Assembly (NCBI RefSeq): GCF_036365525.1
Contig: NC_090388.1
Location: 64,133,726 to 64,197,725, forward strand
Length of the DNA: 64,000 nucleotides
Direction: 5' to 3'
Source: Heterodontus francisci
Lineage: Eukaryota
Below the pieces are notes generated by a model. It saw nothing but the letters and a program-made list of their open reading frames with translations, did no database searches and was not told the origin of the DNA. Of the stretch, positions 1 through 12,180 are shown piece after piece (the stretch's first letter is position 1; each line of letters starts with the position of its first letter). Position numbers and translations under genes: made by a program.

Positions 1-545
1 TGTATGCAGTTCTGGTCTTCATATTTAAGGAAGGATATACTTGCCTTGGAGGCGGTAGAGCGAAGGTTCACTAGGTTGGTTCCTGGGTCAGAGTGTTGTC
101 CTATAATAAGAGGCTGAGTAAACTGGGCCTACACTCTCTGGAGTTCAGAAGAATGAGAGGTGATCGCATTGAAACATACAAGATTCTGAACGGTCTTGAC
201 AGGTTAGAGACTGAGAGGTTTTTTCTCCTAGCTGGGGACTCTAGAACATGAGGGCACAGTCTCAGGATAAGGGATTGATCATTTAGGACTGAGATGAGGA
301 GAAACGTCTTCACTCAGAAGGTTGGGAATCTTTGGAATTGTCTATCCCAGAGGGTTGTGGATGTTCCATCTTTGAGTATATTTAAGACCAAGATAGATTT
401 TTGTTATTCCAGGCAATCAAAGGAAATGGGAGCAGGTGGGAAAGCAGAGTTGAGGCAAAAGATCAGCCATGATCGTATTGAATGGCGGAGCAGGGTAGAG
501 GGGGCATATGGTCCACTTCTGCTCCTATTTTTTTATGTTCTTGTG
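1..545 (+). mobile_element. CR1-type LINE 3' fragment (ORF2 C-terminus plus tail)
   Basis: Translates to QFWSSYLRKDILALEAVERRFTRLVPG and later RRNVFTQKVGNLWNCL, typical of the CR1 ORF2 C-terminus; ends in gctcctatt...ttatgttctt. Confidence 0.85.
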
Positions 546-852
546 GGTTCTACAGAACTCTGGCAGAATCACCAAGTCATTTCTAAACACAACACTGAAC
601 AGTACTGTCTCCCAGTAGACTAACAACATGTAGAAGTTTTTCTCACTGTCGATCTTCAAAAATGAACTTAGCTTAGACATGGCACTGACTGACTATAAAA
701 ATGGACCTGTGGGGTCACTGAGCTTAGTCATCTACAGAAGAATATAGTGCTTCAAATAAATCTTTATCCAGTGACAGGATAAATTTTTACATCACATTCA
801 ATGGAGTTTATTATGTTATTTTATACAAAACAAATGCAGGATGGTTACTTAC

Positions 853-980
853 GTCAGTGCTGAAGCGCGAGGTATACAAGTCAGGGTGATGTTGATATTC
901 CAAAGGATCATATTTCCCATCACTCTTTCTAACAACATGATGATGACGACTCAGAACAGTGCAGTAAACCTTACTTTGAT
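853..980 (-). CDS. AASS: AASS coding exon 7 of 7 in window (128 nt, phase 1->0)
   Basis: tacag|AT CAA AGT AAG GTT...ACT GAC|gtaagt; (D)[42 protein letters not shown] matches [20 protein letters not shown]...YDP.EY..HP. Confidence 0.95.
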
Positions 981-1748
981 CTGTACAATTAATGACAGGC
1001 AGTTAGTTTGGAAATGTGAAGAGCTCACAATACTTTAATTATTGTTATTTGTAATGAAGAACAGTCAAATCTGAATAATATTTATATTCCTTCCCCTCCT
1101 TAGTTGCCCTTTTTGATAATTATTGCCCACCCCTCCCCCACAGCACTAATCATTTCATGACTAGGGTGGCGTGTACACCCGTTCTGTTCTATGTCGTCTG
1201 CTGAGGACATAGCAGAAGCTTGATCTGCTTAAGAACCGTGGGCACAAGAGACTATCCTGTCCGATACCCAACAGTACCTAATTGTATTGCACCCTTGTCC
1301 AGGTCTTTTCATTTGCAATGGTTAATTATGATCAGCTGCAAATGGTCATTTGACCAGTTCTAGGTACAACAAAACTACCTCCCAGTTTTGCTTCAATCAA
1401 GGTTAGTAACACAAACTCAAATATAGCCTATTGTATTTTGTCTAAGACAAAATACAAGTCTATACCAGTAGCAAAAGATAAATAGTTTCTTTTAACAAGT
1501 CTGGAACAGGTAAAGCTCTTCAATAAATGGACAATAACTTTATTGTTAAATTGTATTTCAGAAGCCAATCAACCACCTTTGGTCACACTGCTCATCTGCT
1601 GCTGTGTAATGTAGTTTTGCTGTTTTGTAAAAGGTGCAGGCTAAATGAAGCAACGCCAACCAGCAGGAGTTTCTGCGACAGGTGTGAGACTGCTCTCCCA
1701 AGACAGTCTCGTACCATTTTGAGCATTACCCTGGTTGCAATGTAATAT

Positions 1749-2117
1749 GGGCGGCACAGTGGCGCAGTGGTTAGCACCGCAGCCTCACAGCTCCAGGGAC
1801 CCGGGTTCGATTCCGGGTACTGCCTGTGTGGAGTTTGCAAGTTCTCCCTGTGTCTGCGTGGGTTTTCTCCAGGTGCTCCGGTTTCCTCCCACAAGCCAAA
1901 AGACTTGCAGGTTGATAGGTAAATTGGCCATTATAAATTGTCACTAGTATAGGTAGGTGGTAGGGAAATATAGGGACAGGTGGGGATGTTTGGTAGGAAT
2001 ATGGGATTAGTGTAGGATTAGTATAAATGGGTGGTTGATGTTCGGCACAGACTCGGTGGGCCGAAGGGCCTGTTTCAGTGCTGTATCTCTAATCTAATCT
2101 AATCTAATCTAATCTAA
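1749..2117 (+). mobile_element. tRNA-derived V-SINE (HE1-like)
   Basis: A box TGGCGCAGTGG, B box GGTTCGATTCC, V-domain gtggagtttgca..ttctccc..gtctgcgtgggtt, CR1-like 3' end, (AATCT)n tail; four copies in window. Confidence 0.9.
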
Positions 2118-2152
2118 AACAGCCGATGCAAAGCAGACTTTTTAAAAAGTCT

Positions 2153-2636
2153 TTTTTTTCTTATTATTTAAGGTGTCCTTTATGCCCCAGGCCCCTTTTA
2201 TGTATCTCATGTCGAGGGGGCCTTTATTCCTCAGGCCCCCTTTATATACATAATTTTAAAAATAACTTTATTAAAAACATAAATAAACAAAAAACTCAAA
2301 TTAAAATGCCATTCTCAGCGTCAACAATGCACCCCAGTCCCTGCGGTGCCCACCGGTCACAGAAGGCCTCAAGCGTGCCAGTGGACACCGCATGCTCCTT
2401 CTCCAGGGACAGCCGGGCGCGAACGTAACCGCGGAAGAGGGGCAGGAAGACAGGGAGGACGGACCCCCCGATGGCCCGCAGCATGGATCTGTGAATTGCC
2501 ACCTTGGCCAGGCCCAGGAGCAGACCGACCAGGAGATCCTCCTCCCGGCCCACGCCCTTCCGCACCGGGTGCCCAAAGATCAGGAGCGTGGGACTGAAGT
2601 AAAGCCAGAATTTGAGGAGCAGCCCCTTCAAATACT
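2153..2636 (-). mobile_element. 5'-truncated Tx1-like (L1 clade) LINE with TSD
   Basis: ORF2 C-terminus LLLKFWLYFSPTLLIFG...LLLGLAKVAIH...YVRARLSLEKEHA...RWAPQG..CIV*, A-rich tail, direct repeat AAAAGTCT at 2145-2152 and 2637-2644. Confidence 0.8.
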
Positions 2637-2809
2637 AAAAGTCTGCGTTAGCTGGCAAGGATGAGTCAGCTAGTGTGCAGACAAGACTCAGAAATGGGAG
2701 GTGTAATTGGACACCAGTTTCCCAGTATTCTGTTCAGAATGTGTCATTTGATCAAATCAGTTGCTTCAGGCTGAAGGCAGGCAGTGCTGCACTGGACTCC
2801 CGGATTCAG

Positions 2810-3480
2810 GCAATGCACTGCGCTAACACACACTCCCAGTTCAGGAAACACACAGAGCTAACAGTCCCTGGTCAGGCAACGACCAGCGCTAATACTCCCT
2901 GTTCAGGCAACGCACAGCACTAACACACACTCCCAGTTCAGGAAACACACGGAGCTAACAGTCCCTGGTCAGGCAACGACCAGCGCTAATACTCCCCGTT
3001 CAGGCAATGCACAGCGCTAACACACACTCCCAGTTCAGGTAATGAACAGCGCGAATATTCTCCAGTTCATTCAACACAGCGCTAACACACCCCGTTCAGG
3101 CAACAACCAGCGCTAACACACCCCGTTCAGGCAACGACCAGCGCTAACACACCCCGTTCAGGCAACGACCAGCGCTAACAGTCCTCGGTCAGGCAACGAC
3201 CAGCGCCAATACTCTCCAGTTCAGGCAACACACAACGCTAACACTTCCCGTTCAGGCAATGCATAACGTTAACACTCCTGAATTCAGACAATGCACAACA
3301 CTAACACTCCCGAATTCAGACAATGCACAACACTAACACTCCCACATTCAGACAATACACAACGCTAACACTCCCACATTCAGACAACGCACAACAGGAA
3401 CACTCCCGAGTTCAGACAATGCACAACGTGAACATTTCCGAGTTCAGACAATGCACAGCACTAACGTTCCTGAGTTCACA
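2810..3480. repeat. Minisatellite, ~30-33 bp unit (e.g. gttcaggcaacgaccagcgctaacacacccc)
   Basis: About 20 diverged tandem copies with cores ttcagg/acaa and gctaacac. Confidence 0.9.
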
Positions 3481-4127
3481 CAACCACAACGTTGGCAGTC
3501 TGAAGAAGCAAATTTTATTAAGCAGGAATGGCAGTGAGCCAGGTTGAGCTGACATCTCTAGAGGCCCTTGAGCACATTCACAGGGAAAGACATCCTTAGA
3601 AGGCCCGGTACATGTGTAGTGAAGTCATTTAGTAGCCCACTGCATGCACAGAAGAATAACATAATCGGGTCCCCCAAAAAAGGGAAATTCCCAAGTGTCG
3701 CTAATCTCTAAATGTTTACAAAGTTCTCACCGACTACTTGTGAATCTTTCGATGACAGTAAAATGTCAGCTGGCTCACTGGTTCTTCAGCAAGTTTAACA
3801 CTGCACAAGCATGTGGATACCATATATGTAAATACATGTACTGCTCTCTACTGGTCCGTGAACTCAGTGGTGCTGACTTGCAAGACCCTAAAGTAGCTGC
3901 TAATGTCAAGCAATGGCATAAATTCATGGGTTCATAAAATATCCCAACGAATACATTCCACCAGAGTTCTACTAGACATCTTGTGACTGGGGAGTTTTTT
4001 TTGAATAAGGGTGTGTCTTGAGCACTATGGAGAGCAGCCAGTGAACATGACTCCACGAAAATAAGATATTCATCACTTCAGATTAATGTGAAAACAATGG
4101 AATGAAGCAATCATAACTATTAAATAC

Positions 4128-4206
4128 CTCCAGACTGGAAAACAGCTTGCAGCTCATGCGGTTCAACAAACTCACAAGGTAGTTCATTAAATACTTCTTG
4201 TGCTCC
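4128..4206 (-). CDS. AASS: AASS coding exon 6 (79 nt, phase 0->1)
   Basis: ttccag|GGA GCA CAA GAA...TCT GGA G|gtattt; [26 protein letters not shown]. Confidence 0.95.
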
Positions 4207-4337
4207 CTGGAAAAGTAACAGCAGTTATCATTGCAAAGAGTGTTGCTTTTTCTTCTTCCAAGAAACATATATAGACCATTTTCCATTGTCACTGTATGTA
4301 GCAAGTTCTTAGATTTACAGCAAAACAACTTATATAG

Positions 4338-5882
4338 CAAGGTCGTCCAACATTTTCGGGCAGAGGGCTGCACTACGATTTTTGCTCGGCCTGGGGGGGC
4401 CAGTGAGCAAATTTCAAAAGAGAAAGGCATTAAAAATTTATCTTAAAACAACAAATGTGCATTTTTGTGAAGAAGCTTTAAATGAGAAGATTAATTTATT
4501 GACTTACTTTCTCGTCACTATATTGAAAACTGATTTAGTGACATATCTTGCATGGTTTTTGCTTGCATAAGTGGTCATCTCTGCCCTCACACTTGATGTA
4601 GCGATGCAGAGTATTTAGGATAGATGTGCATCTTTCAGGAGTGAGATCTTTCTCTCTGTTTCTGTTTCTCTCTTTCTCGGTGTTCTCCANNNNNNNNNNN
4701 NNNNNNNNNNNNNNNNNNNNNNNNNNNNNNNNNNNNNNNNNNNNNNNNNNNNNNNNNNNNNNNNNNNNNNNNNNNNNNNNNNNNNNNNNNNNNNNNNNNN
4801 NNNNNNNNNNNNNNNNNNNNNNNNNNNNNNNNNNNNNNNNNTCTCTGTTTCCCCCCTCTCTTTCTCTTTGTTNNNNNNNNNNNNNNNNNNNNNNNNNNNN
4901 NNNNNNNNNNNNNNNNNNNNNNNNNNNNNNNNNNNNNNNNNNNNNNNNNNNNNNNNNNNNNNNNNNNNNNNNNNNNNNNNNNNNNNNNNNNNNNNNNNNN
5001 NNNNNNNNNNNNNNNNNNNNNNNNNNNNNNNNNNNNNNNTCTCTCTTTGTTTCCCCCCGCTCTCTCTCTTTGTTTCCCCCCGCTCTCTCTCTTTGTTTCC
5101 CCCCGCTCTCTCTCTTTGTTTCCCCCCGCTCTCTCTCTTTGTTTCCCCCCGCTCTCTCTCTTTGTTTCCCCCCTCTCTCTCTCCCTCTCTTTGTTTCCCC
5201 CCTCTCTCTCTCCCTCTCTTTGTTTCCCCCCTCTCTCTCTCCCTCTCTTTGTTTCCCCCCCTCTCTCTCTCCCTCTCTTTGTTTCCCCCCCTCTCTCGCT
5301 CCCTCTCTTTGTTTCCCCCCTCTCTCGCTCCCTCTCTTTGTTCCCCCCTCTCTCTCCCTCTCTTTGTTTCCCCCCCCTCTCTCTCTCTCTCTTTGTTTCC
5401 CCCCCCCCTCTCTTTGTTCCCCCCTCTCTCTCTCTCTTTGTTCCCCCCCTCTCTCTCTCTGTTCCCCCCCCCTCTCTCTCTCTGTTCCCNNNNNNNNNNN
5501 NNNNNNNNNNNNNNNNNNNNNNNNNNNNNNNNNNNNNNNNNNNNNNNNNNNNNNNNNNNNNNNNNNNNNNNNNNNNNNNNNNNNNNNNNNNNNNNNNNNN
5601 NNNNNNNNNNNNNNNNNNNNNNNNNNNNNNNNNNNNNNNNNNNNNNNNNNNNNNNNNNNNNNNNNNNNNNNNNNNNNNNNNNNNNNNNNNNNNNNNNNNN
5701 NNNNNNNNCTCTTTGTTTCCCCCCTCTCTCTCTCTCTCTCTTTGTTTCCCCCCTCTCTCTCTCTCTGTTTCCCCCCCCTCTCTTTTCCCCCCCTCTCTCT
5801 CTCTCTTTGTTTCCCCCCTCTCCCTCTCTCTCTGTTCCCCCCCTCTCCCTCTCTCTCTGTTCCCCCCCTCTCCCTCTCTCTA

Positions 5883-5923
<41 letters not shown>

Positions 5924-6997
5924 CCCCCTCTCTCTCTCTCTCTCTGTTCCCCCCCCCCCTCTCTCCCTCTCTCTGTTCCCCCTCTCTCTCTCTTTGTTTC
6001 CCCCCTCTCTCTCTCTCTCTTTGTTTCCCCCCTCTCCCTCTCTCTCTGTTCCCCCCCTCTCTCTCTCTGTTCCCCCCCCTCTCTCTCTCTCTCTCTGTTC
6101 CCCCCCTCTCTCTCTCTCTCTCTGTTCCCCCCCTCTCTCTCTCTCTCTGTTCTCCCCCTCTCTCTCTCTCTCTGTTCCCCCCCTCTCTCTGTTCCCCCCC
6201 CTCTCTCTCTCTCTGTTCCCCCCTCTCTCTCTCTCTCTGTTCCCCCTCTCTCTCTCGCTCTGTTCCCCCCTCTCTCTCTCGCTCTGTTCCCCCCTCTCTC
6301 TCTCGCTCTGTTCCCCCCTCTCTCTCTCGCTCTGTTCCCCCCTCTCTCTCTCGCTCTGTTCCCCCCTCTCTCTCTCTCTCGCTCTGTTCCCCCCTCTCTC
6401 TCTCTCTCGCTCTGTTCCCCCCTCTCTCTCTCGCTCTGTTCCCCTCTCTCTCTCTCGCTCTGTTCCCCCCTCTCTCTCTCGGTTCCCCCCTCTCTCTCTC
6501 TGTTCCCCCCTCTCTCTCTCTGTTCCCCCCTCTCTCTCTCTCTCGCTCTCTTTGTTTCCCCCCCTCTCTCTGTTTCCCCCACCACCACCCCCCCCCCCAC
6601 CTCCCTGACAGTTGCACTGAGCAGGAGCGCTCAGAACAACAGCTTTGTGGTTGGTCAGTTTGTTTAAAAACATCACGCTGTCAGTTTCACAGCTGACAAC
6701 GTTTGAAGCAGGAACGCGCTTCCCAATATCAGACAGATTCTGAGTTTTGCAGTGGGCTTTAAAAAGTCAGAAAACCCCGAATCTTTCCGATGTTGGGAAG
6801 CGCGTTCCTGCTTCAGCAGCTGGCACCTGTGAAACCAACAGCGCAATGTTTTAAAAAAGGCCGCTTTGCAGGAAGACAAAAGGAAATCTCCATCTCCACT
6901 CATGGAGCCCTGGCGAAGATGAGGGACAGCTGCGGTCCGGATGGAAACCTTTGGCGGGCCGGATCCTGGCCTGCAGGCCATACGGTGGACAGCCCTG
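4338..6997. mobile_element. Non-autonomous hAT (Charlie-like) element carrying an internal satellite expansion
   Basis: Termini caaggtcgtccaac...ggtggacagccctg are imperfect inverted repeats; both ends match the element at 46101-46371 in opposite orientation; 8-bp flanks ttatatag/atatatcg. Confidence 0.65.
4650..6580. repeat. Polypyrimidine compound satellite (TGTT-Cn-(TC)n) with three assembly gaps
   Basis: Repeating tgtt(t)ccccc(c)tctctc units; N runs at 4690-4841, 4873-5039 and 5490-5708. Confidence 0.95.
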
Positions 6998-8572
6998 ATA
7001 TATCGTATCTTTAAGGTTAAAATAGGCAGGCACCAAAGCTAAAATAAAAACTGGGAGGGTAGAAATACAATAGGCTTTGAAAAACTGGAATGACTTTCAA
7101 GAAGACCATTGAAGCAGCATGCAGTAAAATTTGTAGAAAAGCGGCACGTCCTAATAAAACACAACACAGTTTCTGTCCAGTTAACTTAATAAACATAGCT
7201 AACACCTTTTGGGAATCCAAATCTTCTGCTCCTTCACTGAAATGCAAAGCTGTTTCAAAATTGAAAATAATGCATTTGGAAAATGTCCTTCCACTCCCCT
7301 CTGTTCATCCCCTGCCCCTCCAAAATCAAGATGACAACAACTGTACACAGTTATAAGGAGAATTTCAGCTTGAGTGCTCCATTATGGTGTACTCTTTCAG
7401 TCTATCCACAGGACTTAGAGTTCTAGATGTACAAAAAGTTCTGAGTTAGCTCAAAATTATTATTCCAGAATAAAAATGCGGAAGTCAGAGAAAACTTGTG
7501 CTTATTAAGACAAAAATTATTTAACACTGCATTTCTTGATCAAGGAAAATGAAACCCATTCATAGATTGGCAATGACAGATGTGTTTCTTTAGTTACAGC
7601 TGTGTGAACACAGAAAACAACAGGCTAGCAGGAGTAATCCAACAATCAAAATTTGTTGCTTTATGAAAGCTCTGAAATAATGACTGATAGTCAAGGCTTT
7701 TAAAGTCAGAACAGTTATCCAATTGAATCTAAGGCTGCTGGCAATGATGTGGAAGACATCTGCAGCTTCAATTAAACAGAATGAATACTGCAGAAGCATT
7801 TGTGTAATATGACATGGGAACATATGAATTACTAGACGAAAAAGACCAAGGTTCATCTCGTTCATCTTCTACCATTCTGATAGTCATATGATATTACGAT
7901 AATAGTGTTGTTGACTAACTGTAGCAATTATCTTCTATCAGTAAGTCTACAACAGACCCAGACGTGACAAGAGGTAAACCCCAGTGGTGGAGAGCTCTGT
8001 GAACCATAGATCCAAAGTCAACTGCTCCTCCCAAGCATTCTACACTTACCGCATGCCGTTTCTCAAATTAATCATATACTGTATCCGAAAATGTTATTTT
8101 CAGAAAGAAATCCATCCCATTTCCATTTGAATGAATCAATATTAACTGCTTCCACCATCTCCCTCGTGAGCTTTTCCCCACAGACTGGCCACTCACTGAC
8201 TGATATAATGTTTCCACAGATTTGTTTTGAACTTAGCCTCCCTTTAAGCACAGGGCGTGTCCTTTGCTTCTACTGTTCTGGATCAGGTGAACAGCTTGAT
8301 AATAATGTGATAAATCCACAAAAAAAAAAATAGCAAGATTTCACCCAGTTGCAATAGGAAATGAAAGACATTTCTATTTTGAAGGACACCCCACATCCCC
8401 ATATTACCATTGAGCTATTCGTTAATAAGCATCTTTTCCTTCTCTGAATTTATTAACTCCTACCATAAACAAACAATACCGGGAAGAATATCAGAAAGGC
8501 ATGAAAAGTAACCAGATAGCACCATCACTGAAATCATGAAGAAGAAGCTGACATGAGCTCGTTGACCATTCA

Positions 8573-8920
<348 letters not shown>

Positions 8921-9949
8921 TTAACACAACAGCTCACCAGATAACTCCAACTTGGGCTGATTGCTTCATGAATAGATTCATGGGAGGACCGTCCCAAAAT
9001 ACCATTGCTGGGGAATTGCCTTGAAGCCTCTCCTCCCTAACCACCACACCCACCCCACTCAAAACAGGGGTTCTGCCACACTTCTGCCAAAGTTACAGCG
9101 GCAGAACAGGATAAGGTCTGAGGAGTTTGCCACAAGCCTAACCTTGCACAGCAAGTTTAAGAGATATTTTATATCTCTTATATGGGGGGGGGGGGGGGGG
9201 GGGGGTGGAGTGGGAGTGTTGGCCTTTTGGTGAAGGGTTTGAAAATTTCTGTGCCAGAATTGGACCATCAAAAATCCAAGCATTTGAAAGTGAAGCTAAA
9301 AAAAAAAGAGGGTTAACTGAAAAAGAATAGTCTGTGGTAACACTGGAAATGGATACTGTGCCACCCAAGGATAATTGCAATTTTATATCCCTGCTGCTAA
9401 CTCTTGGGTGAATGGCTCAGATGCTTAAGGCAGCTTACCCGTAAAGATGATGGTAGACTCCATTCCCAGGCTGCCTTGAGTGAGTGGACCTCAGCCATGA
9501 TGCGCCACAATTAAACTCAGAGCCCCATGGTTGGGAAGGTCCCAATAACAAATCAGCAACCCCTCCTGCTGGAACTTATGAGCGTGAATGACAAGAGAAG
9601 ATATGATTTGGACTGAGATGTAATGCTGCACTGGTGAACAGCATTCTGATATCTTTATCTAGGGCAACATGAATAACAAGCTTTGGGCAAGATGTTAGAG
9701 ACATCAGCTGGTATATCTAACTCCTAGCAAGGAAAACAATGCTTTCAAAAGAGAGAGGTGGAAGGAAAAGGGGTTGAAAAAGTATTGACAAAAAAGGATT
9801 ATTTAAGTCCATTTTACTTTCAATTGTCCCAGTTCACAATCTCACTGCAGATCTAAGCCCAATGAGCATTTACAACCCTCCTGGATTGCCTTAGAGTATC
9901 CCAGATTGTCCAGGAGTCTCCCAGAAGAGAAGACTGATCACATGGATAC

Positions 9950-11418
9950 TGTCATGAAAACACAATATGCCAACTAAAGAATTTTTAATTCATCAGTTGA
10001 AAACTTACATTAAGCTTTTTACGGGAAAACCCCTGCAGTTAACTTTTTAAAAAACTAGCAGCCAAGATGGCCACCATAATTTGCATCCGAAATTTTCATA
10101 TTCAAAAAGATCCACCCAGAGCCAGAGGTTTGAGCAGCATGGCCCCAGGACAATGGCTTGCTCTAAGTGATTGAATTACCTAAAATTACTTCATTAGCAC
10201 GGCAGTCAAGGCAATCCTAACACCTTGACTTTGAAAGAGCAACCCCCCTCCAAGTGTAAATTGGCATCCTGGGGCCTGTGGAGCAAATTCCTGACCCTGA
10301 ATTTCACTACAAGGTTCCAGAAAACCTGAAGCAGTCATGTGACCATCTGTCCCTCTCAGTGGAAGGTGTTTTTTTCCCCCTTGGACAAAGAGACAAGCCA
10401 GTAACTCAGACCGTGCAGCAGGAAAAGGCTGTGTGCCTCCCTTTCTCTGTCTCTCTCCCCATGCAACACCCCCCCCCCGCCCCCACCCCGCCACTCCCCT
10501 CCAAATAACACAACTTTGGAAACCGTCTGCAACTATGGATCGATCCAAGCCTACTAGACTGCTACAGCTAGAGACCAGGGGAATAGAACCAACTCCAAGT
10601 CTGCCTCCAAGAAAGCCTTGAGCTAAGCCGGCCAACCGTAAAGTGCACTTTATCCAGCCAAGGACTTCAAGAATACAGCTTCAGCTGGAAGACCACCAAA
10701 TCATCCACTCCACAGACAGTGTATTTAAGTTCCATTTATTCTGGACTCCAATCCAAATACCAAATCTACTTTTCCCTTTGTAATCTATTTGTGTATATCT
10801 GATTCTCGTGTGAATGTGTAGCGTAAATTTATTATTTTCTAGATCGGTTTTAGATTAAGTACAATAAACTCACCTCTTTCTTGTTTAAATGCAAGAAAAC
10901 CTGTCCGATTGGTTCTTCAGTTTTAGTTTAGTTTAGAGATACAGCACTGGAACAGGCCCTTCGGCCCACCGAGTCTGTGCCGACCATCAACCACCCATTT
11001 ATACTAATCCTACACTAATCCCATATCCCTACCACATCCCCACCTGTCCCTATATTTCCCTACCACCTACCTATACTAGGGGCAACTTATAATGGCCAAT
11101 TAACCTATCAACCTGCAAGTCTCTGGCATGTGGGAGGAAACCGGAGCGCCCGGAGGAAACCCACGCAGACACAGGGAGAACTTGCAAACTCCACACAGGC
11201 AGTACCCAGAATTGAACCTGGGTCGCTGGAGCTGTGAGGCTGCAGTGCTAACCACTGCGCCACTGTGCCGCCCACATCACATTAAAGGTAAAAGGTAAAA
11301 CACTCACTGAGGTGGTAAGCACAACCACGGTTTTTTAAAAAGGGAATAATCCCTGCTGTGGTCAAAAGAGGAAGGAAAAGAGGGGAGTCTGAGACCCTCT
11401 CCTCACCTGGCCGTAACA
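9950..11418 (+). mobile_element. Solo LTR (TGTCATG...CCGTAACA) interrupted by a SINE
   Basis: TG...CA termini shared with the other solo LTRs, AATAAA at ~10864; no clean TSD. Confidence 0.55.
10919..11273 (-). mobile_element. HE1-like V-SINE
   Basis: Reverse complement of the 1749-2117 copy, (AAACT)n tail. Confidence 0.9.
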
Positions 11419-12180
11419 CCACCACTGCTAGCAACTCCAGTGAAACATCTGTGGACTGCGGCCTGTATAGGTCTTTCCTGAAAGCTGCTGACACAAGTGT
11501 TGAAACCTGCCTCCCTATCCCCCACCATCATACCTGCAGCCTGTCTCCCTTGGAGAACGCGAGGCTCGGTTCGATGGTTGCCCACCTTCAGCTCTCAGCC
11601 ATTTCCTGTCAGCCATTTTAAGAAACCGCCTGGAATTTCATGGCTGCTGGTCCTGCCCTGCTGCTGGAATTTTGCCGGAAGCACGGCCCAGCTACAGCAG
11701 GCAGAATGGAATTGGCCGGCCACGATTTATTGTGTATCAATTGGGTGTTGTTATTTGTATTCAGGTGGTGGATATTATTGGGGAATCACCTGTGCTCATA
11801 TATGTAGGAGCTGACTGAAAGGTTGGAGGTGCACAACATGCAATGTGTATCTCTGTAAATAAAAGTTTGTAAGTGTATAAAAACTAGGCTCCAGTGTTCT
11901 AGTCTTCCCTGGCTGGCTATCTGAGTTGCCATCAGATAACTCCCATTCAACTGTGTTCAAAAGTACAGCCTGCTAGTTCGGCAACTGTTAAGTGAAGTTA
12001 CTAAGAAAAGTCTGTGGGCTCGTTATCCTCTTCATTAATTATAAAACTATAAAAAATAGGAACAGGAGTAGGCCATGCAGCCCCTCGAGCCTGCTCTGCC
12101 ATTTAATAAGATCATGACTGATCTGATTGTAGCCTTAACTCCACCTTCCAGCCTGCCCCCATAACCCTTTACTCCCTTGT

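Noticed and set aside
1749-1825. tRNA gene (also the other SINE heads and 58515-58605)
   Set aside because: A/B boxes run directly into repeat bodies; no proper acceptor stem or terminator
2810-3480. CRISPR-like ~32-bp periodicity
   Set aside because: Head-to-tail monomers with no unique spacers; eukaryotic intron; no cas genes
3775-4056. FYEP-like sequence as a possible AASS exon
   Set aside because: No sustained homology; the real exon is 4128-4206 with correct phase
4535-6696. Long ORFs (up to 713 aa) rich in ERERGG or PPLSLS
   Set aside because: Translations of a stop-free CT satellite and N gaps, open in all frames
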